Shown here: one piece after another, positions 10,540-19,922 of the stretch | Position numbering within the stretch: the stretch's first letter is position 1 | Layout of the letters: every line of letters begins with the position of its first letter | From: Tubiluchus corallicola | Taxonomy: Eukaryota > Animalia > Priapulida | Reading direction: 5' to 3' | NCBI GenBank assembly: GCA_030141605.1 | Contig: JAQGDQ010000818.1 | Location: forward strand, 1 to 19,922 | Length of the DNA stretch: 19,922 nucleotides | Program-made: the position numbers and the translations under genes | Notes under the pieces: generated by a model | What the model was told of the DNA's origin: nothing | The model's input: the letters and a program-made list of their open reading frames with translations, nothing else | Database searches by the model: none

Positions 10540-10985
10540 TTGCTGCTGTTGTGGTTGTTGTTGTAGTTGTTGTTGTTGCTGCTGCTGTTGTTGTTGTTGT
10601 TGTAATTGCTGTTGCTGCTCTTGTTGCTGTTGTGGTTGTTGTTGTTGTTGCTGTTGCTGTTGCTGTTGTTGTTGCTGTTGTTGTTGTTATTGATGTTGCT
10701 GTAGTTGTTGTTGTTGTTGTTGCTGTTGTTGTTGTTGTTGCTGTTGTCGTTGCTGTTGTTGTTGTTATTGATGTTGCTGTAGTTGTTGTTGTTGTTGTTG
10801 CTGCTGCTGTTGTTGTTGTTGTTGCTGTTGTTGTTGTCGTTGTTGTTGTTGCTGTTGTTTTTGTCATTTTCATTGCCGTTGTTGTTGATGTTGCTGTAGT
10901 TGTTGTTGTTGCTGTTGTTGTTGTTGTTGTTGTCGTCGTTGTTGTTGCTGTTGTTGTTGTCATTTTCATTGCCGTTGTTGTTGTT
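10392..10985. repeat. Degenerate (GTT/GCT)n trinucleotide tract, ~590 nt
   Basis: Direct reading. Triplet phase is kept throughout, and there are internal higher-order duplications. Confidence 0.98.
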
Positions 10986-11369
10986 ACAGACTCGTCCAAA
11001 GCAGTCAGAGAGTAGTGTTTCAGTCCTCCCTAGCTGACGTACTTACACGAATTAGAAGGGATAAAATGCCATTAGCTCGCGAGATTGAGACGTAATCCAG
11101 ACCTCGGATTGACATTGATCAAAAGGGCAATATCTTCAAATGGAATATAGAGTAGTTTGGAATAACAGAGAAAACACAGGCAACCGACTGTGCAGTCCAC
11201 TAAGCTATAACTATTACAAATGGTTTTAAACGCGTAAAGCGGATAAGACTGGTTAGAATAAATGGGAAGCAAAGAAAAAATAAGAAAAAAAGAAATGAGC
11301 TAAGAGATTGGTGGAACTGAGATGAAAAAAGCGGAAGAACGCACGAGAAATGAGGGAAGGGAAATAGGG

Positions 11370-11430
11370 AGAGACAGATAGATAGATAGATAGATAGATA
11401 GAAAGATAGATAGATAGATAGATAGGTAGG

Positions 11431-11461
<31 letters not shown>

Positions 11462-11497
11462 CTACATAGATAGATAGCTACATAGATAGATAGATAT

Positions 11498-11576
<79 letters not shown>

Positions 11577-11725
11577 AGAGAGAGAGAGGGGGAGAGAGAG
11601 CGAAGAGAGAGAGGGAGAGAGAGAGAGAGAGAGAGAGACTGGAGAGGAGAGAGAGAGGAAAAGAGAGCGAGAGAGAGGGAGAAAAAGAGGGAGAGAGAGC
11701 GAGAGAAAGAGGGAGAGAGAGAGCG

Positions 11726-11807
<82 letters not shown>

Positions 11808-11818
11808 GAGAGAGAGAG
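11370..11818. repeat. Compound (GATA)n/(GA)n microsatellite at the inner end of the right arm
   Basis: Direct reading; a diverged mirror of 8129..8555. Confidence 0.97.
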
Positions 11819-12159
11819 CAAAACAGGGAAAAGACGGAAACACAGCAGAGAGAAAGAATCAGGGATAGGGCAAGAAAGTGAGATGGGAAAGAGAAAGGAG
11901 GAAAAATGAGAAAGTGCAAGAGATGGAAGAGAGCAGCGAAAGTGAAAGAAAGGGGAAGGGTGTGTGCAAGAAAAGAAACATGAAAGGAAAAGAGATGCAG
12001 AGAGGGAGGTAGGAGAAAAAGAAAGGGGAAGCGTGAAGCAGGAAGAGATACCTAGAGATGGAAGATGGGAAAATGCACAATAAATCAGTTATCTTTGTTA
12101 ATTGGCCAAAGCAAAAAAGTTAATTTGAAGTTCAACTCCAGTTTGCAACATCTGCTGAC

Positions 12160-12309
12160 CTGAGCATCTTTTTCGCTTCGAAGAGCGTCCACTTCTCCCG
12201 CCGAAGACAACGATCTCCCGGAACCGTTCAACGAATCATGGAGGTTACGATTGAGGTCGTGCTGGCTCCGCAGCTCCTCCTGCAGGTGAGAGATTGTACT
12301 AATGTGTTT
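12160..12309 (-). CDS. ERC1: Internal coding exon A of ELKS/ERC (CAST/Bruchpilot family) gene: KHISTISHLQEELRSQHDLNRNLHDSLNGSGRSLSSAGEVDALRSEKDAQ
   Basis: Acceptor ttttacag|AAA, donor CAG|gtcagc, 150 nt, phase 0/0. The peptide resembles the human ERC1 segment (recalled) TIQALQDELRIQRDLN...LHAEHERQ that immediately precedes the exon B peptide. The symbol denotes the family; ERC1 vs ERC2 orthology is not resolvable here. Confidence 0.88.
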
Positions 12310-14335
12310 CTGTAAAAACATTAAAACATTTACTAACAACCTTAATAAAAGTTTGCCAAACACAAATTAAAGACTTTACAAAAAAAGAACATATATGCAC
12401 AATAATGTGAACTGTCCATTACTACTAAAGTTGTCTGGACTGAAACACTTGTCAATGGCTCAACAAAGGCTAAAGTTATATTTTTAGAAAACTCGAACAC
12501 TTCCATTTACAAGGTTGTCTGTCTGTCTGTCTATTTTCCCACGATAACCGATACTGAGCTCTTCCAAAGAGCTTATTGCGGCTCTTAAAACGTTTTCCAA
12601 TTTTCCAGCAGCGTCGAGTTTCCTGGCTGCCTGTCAAGCTGTCACACTGTCAGAACTATCTAAAAGCATGTGCAGCAGAAATTCTAACGTGTACGTGTTC
12701 GAGTTTCATACAACAGACATTTCAACGTGAATTAACTATTTTTAGTTAACCTGTGACACACAGAAAATGTTACTAATTAATTAACGTTAATGTGATTGCC
12801 TTGAACAATTATTATAATGAAACAAACAGAAAAATCCGAAGCCAATTGTGACCATAGAGAACCTCTAAATGCACTTAAAATATCAATTACCTTGTTTCAT
12901 GCATAATTTAAAATACCAACTATCAAGGATACATGATACCTAATTGTCTCAAAAACGCCTAAGTACTGGCCGCTCCTATGCAAAAGTATATAAAAACTGT
13001 CTGCAATTGACTCAAATAACTCCGCACAATTGATTCGATATTTTTATACATAGAGATATACACGTGGTTACACTGATGTACGTGATGTAAACAAAGTGAC
13101 GATCTGCCAACTAGTGGTCAGCTTGACAAATAATGAACTCCGTAAAAATTTTCTCAACGAATTTACGCGATTTACAAAAATGGCACTACTGGTCTTCCAA
13201 AAACTCGGAATTCCGGGTATCCGAGGAAAATTCTCATCCCTGGGAGCCACTGCAGACGGGAACTTAAGGAATTTATAATTGATTTCAGGAACAGATTTCA
13301 CGAGAATAAGATTGATGACCTTCAGGTTGTGGTTCAAGTTAAAATTCAATTTTCAGAAAACTGAAGCGAGGCGATTAGGGAAAATAGCATTTGTCACACT
13401 AATAGCAGAAGTATCAGCTTCTTCGGAACGCATTATTGTTGTGAGAAGCTCATCACAAATTCACTGAAGAGCATTCATGATCTCACTTATATAGCACTCA
13501 TTTTGTGCAAGCAATTGTTTGTGGTGTGCTAACAAGCTTTTTCGCAGTTTCGTTGTACGCACGCGCAGTTGCTGTAGGTCAATGGTTAAGTGTATCTCAG
13601 GGTGTTAAGAACAATCGTCACGTGACATGTGGGTAACGCAGTTCATTGGTTCACTAACTTCAGTTGTTTTTCGTAGACTTAACTTAATTACGCATTAGTC
13701 TGAGCGAGATCTTGCTTGTGAACAAGAGAAAAATGAACTAGGTAAGGCTCTATACCTAGTATTCGCCCTTTTCTTAATTACTATTACAACAGCATGGGCT
13801 ACGAGGCGTTGTCAAGTGTACACAAATGCGCTGCCTGCTACACTTAACCTTTGACCCTTCTTACGATCATCATCAATCGCTGGAACTGTGAAAAGGCTTA
13901 TTAGTTTGTTATTTGTGAATGCTTTATCTTGCGTTTTCACTTTCACAAAGCAAAGTCAGCCTCAGTCGATTCAACTGTTGCTGATGTTGCTGCACAAGTA
14001 GAAAATTCCACACACTGTCATTCTATTGTGTGACAATTAATAAAAAATCACACAACAAAAACATTGATTTGTTGGTTGTTTGGCATTTCTAGACCTTGAC
14101 GTCAGTTTCCTAACACTAATATGACTGAGTGATTGATTCAGTGTTCAAATGCCAGTGTTTAGTAGAATAGTAGGTGACCTTCAATAAGCGCTTCAGGGTC
14201 AAAGGTCGGTTACAATTTATAAGCCCTAATTTTTTTGAGCACCCAAACTTTTATAACGTAGAGGAGCAAAAGATAAGAGGCAGATTTTAAAGAGATGTTT
14301 GCTGACATTTATTGGGGATTTCAGTCTGTTAGTCA

Positions 14336-14520
14336 GAGGAACAGTAAAAGTAGTGGAAGCCTCGCAAGATTGCGATGGTATGGACAACTGAAAAGAAGAA
14401 TCGGTGAAGATCTTGTGGGAATTGAAGACATAAATGAAGAGATGGTCAACAACAGGAATGCATGGAGAAGACTCATTCACAACGGCGACCCAAAATAGGG
14501 AAAAGTTGGGAAGAAGAAGA
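14336..14520 (+). mobile_element. Mirror copy of the short RTE fragment (tail one GAA shorter)
   Basis: Reverse complement of 5424..5611. Confidence 0.88.
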
Positions 14521-16176
14521 AGTCTGTTAGTCAATGAATGAACGCGAGCTAGTCTCTCAATAAAACCGAAACTGACGAAGAAAAATGCAAAAACAAAGGA
14601 AGGCTAGAAACGTGTCATCCAGAGCAACAGCAATATTACTCAAAATAACAAAGAGATGATTCTTAGTGACACGAATTAGTGCAACTGATAAATAATCACA
14701 CAATATAAAGTTGAGGATTTTTTATTTGTATTTAATTATCAGGAAGCCAGACATTTGTCATCAGAAACTTCCCCCTTTCGATGATTACATCAGCTTAACG
14801 TTTTAATTATAACGCTTCGTATTCAACCGGAAGGAAATTTGCCAGGATCATTGGTACAGAACCAAACAAGCTGTAAATCCTACAAGATCCTGTAGTTTGT
14901 GGACACTTGGAACAAAACTGCATCAAGTCAAGGCATCCCCAAATGGGTCTGCTTTCCCTTCAACTAGAACACTTTCTGCATTGCTTGCTTTTTGTGTATA
15001 CTTCTCACATTATGATTACTGATTGCTTTTCTTCATTTATTACATTTAAGACTTACTGCACAAATGTTCTTCCTTTGTTTTTTGTTGTTTTTTGTTTGTT
15101 GTGCATTCATTATTTAACTACATCTTCGTTCATTTGCTGCATTTTAGTTCACTCGCTGCATTTATGATTTAACCAGATTGCTTGCTTTTTCTGTTGTTGC
15201 ATTCAAGACTTGTTCAGTTGTTGTTTTAATTTTTAATTGCATTATTTGTTTGTTTTTTTCCATTGGTATTATTATAATATAACTGCTTTGCATTTTGTTT
15301 ATTTGCTACACTGAAGATCTAACTACGTATTTATTCACTTAACCATGTAGTCTGCGGTGCTTTATAATATTTCTAAGTTATATAGGGGTGGCTGACTCGA
15401 TGACCTCCTGGTCTTTCGCCACCCCATCTCTACATACTTTACATAATTTGTTGTATTTGCGCTATAAATATTATACTAGAGATGAATAAAACCTTTGAAT
15501 TGGATTGAATTGAACTACTGTGCAACACCCATCTATGGAGTCGCGAGACTGCGAAACCAAGTTCGCTTACGTTACCGGTAGCCTTCAGGGCGCCACACTG
15601 AGCCCCTATTGATTTATTTCCTTATTGACTCGGGTCTTGAAATTACCACATTTAAGGCGTTAATGTACACAAAGCAAAGCCATTATTAAATAGAGGCAGC
15701 TCACTAAGTAGCTACAGCTCTAGGTTACAACGTTCACTGCGCAGAATGTAGAAGTTTATCCACCACTCAAGAAAGCATGAAGCCGATGGTAATAAAACGA
15801 TAATTCTGCAAAACTGATAAAATTTATACTTCGTTTGCATTCGTTAATTGCTCGGGGCGACGGTACGAAAAAATTTAATTAATGAAAATGCGAGAGAAGT
15901 TATGCTGAAATTACTCATTTTCATCTCACAGCAAATTTGCCCGTCTGACGGTTTGGCAAATTAAAAGCAGAAGTGTTAGCCATTTATTAACGCGTCTAGA
16001 ATCTCCCGTTTAAACTTGCATTAATGATTTCGTAAACAATGCATTATACAATAAATTTTATTAGATTTTTATCAGAAACGATTTTCTAATAAAAATTTAA
16101 TAAACCATATTATATATAATGTTGTTTATGAAAGATTATATAGTTCCTGTTATAAGGAATTTAAAAAACTTTTTCT

Positions 16177-16277
<101 letters not shown>

Positions 16278-16480
16278 GTACACTTAACCTTTGACCTTTT
16301 CACGATCATCATCAATTGCTGGAACTGTGAAAAGGCTTATTAGACTGGACTGGTTTGGATCGAATTAGATCAGATCAGAGCAGATGAGACTAGATTTGAT
16401 TAAATTACAGATTTATGCTAATTTGATTAGACTAAACTAGAGTAGACACGATTATGTTTATTAAATAAAAGCATTATAAG

Positions 16481-17314
16481 GCAACATCTAAAACAGAGAT
16501 GTTATTTAGGACAGGACTTACAGCAAGAAGTGAACTGTCCTGGGCTCAACTACAATGGTCCATTGCAAGATCTAAAACAGAGATGTTATTTAGGATAGCA
16601 CTTACAGCAAGAAGTGAACTGTCCTGGGCTCAACTACAATGGTCCATTGCAAGATCTAAAACAGAGATGTTATTTAGGCTAGGACTTACAGCATGAAGTG
16701 AACTGTCCTGGGCTCAACTACAATGGTCCATTGCAAGATCTAAAACAGAGATGTTATTTAGGATAGCACTTACAGCAAGAAGTGAACTGTCCTGGGCTCA
16801 ACTACAATGGTCCATTGCAAGATCTAAAACAGAGATGTTATTTAGGATAGCACTTACAGCAAGAAGTGAACAGTCCTGGGCTCAACTACAATGGTCCATT
16901 GCAAGATCTAAAACAGAGATGTTATTTAGGATAGCACTTACAGCAAGAAGTGAACAGTCCTGGGCTCAACTACAATGGTCCATTGCAAGATCTAAAACAG
17001 AGATGTTATTTAGGATAGGACTTACAGCATGAAGTGAACTGTCCTGGGCTCAACTACAATGGTCCATTGCAAGATCTAAAACAGAGATGTTATTTAGGAT
17101 AGGACTTACAGCATGAAGTGAACTGTCCTGGGCTCAACTACAATGGTCCATTGCAAGATCTAAAACAGAGATGTTATTTAGGATAGCACTTACAGCATGA
17201 AGTGAACTGTCCTGGGCTCAACTACAATGGTCCATTGCAAGATCTAAAACAGAGATGTTATTTAGGATAGGACTTACAGCATGAAGTGAACTGTCCTGGG
17301 CTCAACTACAATGG
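16481..17314. repeat. Mirror 84-bp minisatellite
   Basis: Reverse complement of 2629..3463, same copy number. Confidence 0.98.
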
Positions 17315-17614
17315 AATTGACCAAACTGAGACGGAACTGGAAGCAGCAGATTTGATTGAGCTTGACTAGACTGGAGTGAAGGACACTCGAATCAACTGAC
17401 TCGATTGCATTTAATATGAATCTCTCACATATCAGATTGGCATCAGGCCAGAAGTGTTTTGAAACAGATTAGATTCAACCAAAATGCACGGAGTATTAGT
17501 TTCCTGCACAGGTGTAGTTAAAACTCTACCTGTTGTCTCAGTGAAGGAAGCTGATCAATCATCTTCAAATCATAATTATAGATATATAATTAGCGCTACA
17601 TTTATCCAGTTTGA

Positions 17615-17927
17615 AAGTCCTACAGCAGGTGTAGTGAAGGCGGTTGCAGGAAATAGTCGCAGAGAGAAGGCTGAGACTGGCTGGACATATTCTACGCCTA
17701 CCAGAACAACGCTACTCCAAAATAGCGTTACGCTGGGAACCACCTGGTGGAAAATGGAAAAGAGGTCGGCCAAAAACAACGTGGCGCAGATCTTTCAAAG
17801 AAGACCTTCGGGCTATGAACAGACGTTGGGAGAACATCGAAAGAGAAGCCGCCAATAGAACCCAGTGGAAAATGCTGTCTGCCCAATGTGCATCCGCGCA
17901 CGGGAAGGACTAAGGTCTAAGGTAAGG
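17615..17927 (+). mobile_element. Mirror copy of the 5'-truncated RTE LINE
   Basis: Reverse complement of 2012..2324, same peptide and TSD. Confidence 0.92.
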
Positions 17928-18287
17928 TATCCAGTTTGATGAATATTGCTCAGTGGAAAATGCTGTCTGCCCAATGTGCATCCGTGCACGGGAAGGACTA
18001 AGGTCTAAAGTAAGGTCACATGGAGTGGAAAATGCTGTCTGCCCAATGTGCATCCGTGCACGGGAAGGACTAAGGCCTAAGGTAAGGTATCCAGTTTGAT
18101 GAATACTGCTCAGTGGAAAATACTGTCTGCCCAATGTGCATCCGTGCACGGGAAGGACTAAGGCCTAAGGTAAGGTATCCAGTTTGATGAATACTGCTCA
18201 GTGGAAAATGCTGTCTGCCCAATGTGCACCCGTGCACGGGAAGGACTAAGGCCTAAGGTAAGGTATCCAGTTTGATGAATATTGCTC
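17864..18287. repeat. Mirror 88-bp array with one rearranged unit that is 16 bp shorter
   Basis: At ~18017..18024 cacatgga replaces atccagtttgatgaatactgctca. Confidence 0.95.
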
Positions 18288-19922
18288 AATTATCGTAACT
18301 TAGATTAGATTAGCTTGGCGTCACAGCAGTGTAATTAGACAAATTACACAATATGTACGTGATAACATGTATAATAGCATAAGAGTTTACATAACAGCAG
18401 CAAGAGGTCAGCAGTTTGAAATGGGTTTCATAAATATTGATCGGTTAACGTCACTGACACCAATATTTGGGGTTGGAGTTGTTGGCTATCTCTTCCTAAG
18501 CAGATCAATATGTAACTGTCAGAATAGTAAACATTATTGAAGCCGAGTGGTATAAACAGTAAGTTTCGGTTGCAGCCAAGTGGTTTACTGGCTGAAGGCC
18601 TGCTCTTCGATGCTGCTCCCCCTCTCTCTCTCTCCCTCCCTCCCCCTCTCTCTCTCTCTGTCTTTCTGTCTCTCTCCCCCTCTCTCTCTCCCTCCCCTCT
18701 CTCTCTCTTTCTCTCTCTCCCCCCTCTCTCTCCCTCTCTTTCTCTCTATCCCTCCCTCCCCCTCTTTCTCTCCCTCCCTCTCCTCTCTCTCCCTTCCTCT
18801 CTCTCTCCTTCTCCTCTCTCTCTCTCTCTCCTTTCTCCCTTTCCCTCTCTCTCTCTTTCTCTCTCCCCCTCTCTCTCTCTCCCTCTCTTTCTCCCTCTCT
18901 CTCTCTCTATCCCTCCCTCCCCCACTCTCTCCCTCCCTCCCTCTCTCTCTCTCCCTTCCCCCCCCCCCTCTCTCTCTCTCTCTCTCCCTTCCCCCTCTCT
19001 CTCTCTCTCTCTCTCTCTCTCGCTCTCTCCTCTCTCTCTCTCTCTCTCTTTCTCTCTCCCCCTCCATTTACAGCCTCTCTCTCTCTCCCTCCAGCTGCAG
19101 CCTCTCTCGTATCTCAACTGATTCTTTTAGCAAAGAAATAACACACACCGCACTCACGAGCAAAGAAAATCAATCGCAGTAAAAGCGATACAGTAGCTAC
19201 TACGGTCAGCCCCAAATATTACGCTTTCCGGTAGCAATACATTGCACGTTGCATCGTATATGACATCTGAGAAATTCCTTGAATTTTGCAGACTTAATTA
19301 AATTAAAACGGACAAAAGAATGTGATAACGTAATACTTAAAATAAATTATGTTGGCAAAGAGATGCGTTAAACTACATAACCGCCTAGTTCCCGTATTTC
19401 CTAATGCGAAAGTTCAAGTTTTTGGGAAGCACCACACTTGTGTTCACAAAAAACGGAAAATTCCAATTCTGTTAATCCAAACTGAGACAGAACATTACAG
19501 TTACATAACAGGAAATGACAAGTCATTTAGCACGTTGGGTTCATTTTACTGTTCTCACTTAAATTTAGAAAAAAATAACAAAGAAATTTGCAAGCGCGCT
19601 GAATAAACTACATCAAAATTCTGCAAAAATGTCACAAAATTAGCTATCTTATTTTTCAAAAACGTATTATACTTTTAAATCGTGCAGTGCTTCTCTTCAG
19701 CAGATGGATGACGTCATTGGTGGAAGAATGGACGTTCAAAATGGGAGCGCCCAAGCGTGAAATGATCGCAACTTTTAGATGTTTTTACTAGTTAAACGAG
19801 GCGCTTATCACGCTCTCGTTATTAAATCCTTCAACATTTTTCACGAACATTGAAATAAGCCTAACTTCCCAGAAGACTTGACTTTTCCTTTAATAGCAGA
19901 GATACAAATAGGTTGCAGCCTC

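Larger units (their letters stand above)
8777..12159 (-). other. GT-AG intron (3383 nt) between ERC exons A and B
   Basis: Canonical splice sites. The spliced peptide ...SEKDAQ|GKELYLLR... is collinear with ERC1 ...AEHERQAKELFLLR. Confidence 0.85.

Noticed and set aside
10361-11015. Poly-Thr (mucin-like) and poly-Val ORFs
   Set aside because: Simple trinucleotide repeat. Exons A and B are contiguous by ERC homology, leaving no room for it, and the Gln frame has stops.
14570-14617. Hammerhead-ribozyme-like ctgacga...gaaac (also ctgatga near 5180)
   Set aside because: Stems I-III cannot be formed around the core.

Overview
Eukaryotic (metazoan, probably invertebrate), AT-rich, mostly intronic DNA. 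The whole window is one giant inverted repeat: arm L (1..~8555) and arm R (~11380..19922) are near-perfect reverse complements around a ~2.8 kb unique spacer. A minus-strand gene of the ELKS/ERC1/ERC2 (CAST/Bruchpilot) active-zone scaffold family crosses the window. Exon A (12309..12160, in arm R) splices in frame to exon B (8776..8657, in the spacer). Arm L is an inverted copy of exon A and its flanking introns that begins only ~100 nt downstream of exon B. A read-through pre-mRNA could therefore fold into an ~8.5 kb hairpin with exon B in the loop and exon A in the stem. The spacer also holds a tripartite SINE with target-site duplications (5S rRNA head, central domain, RTE-LINE tail) and a long (GTT/GCT)n tract. 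Each arm carries two 5'-truncated RTE LINE fragments with TSDs, an 88-bp array built from an RTE 3'-end/flank junction, an 84-bp satellite and several microsatellites. Most ORFs in the supplied track are repeat-derived. An assembly fold-back artefact cannot be excluded from sequence alone, but the pattern of arm differences argues against a trivial copy.
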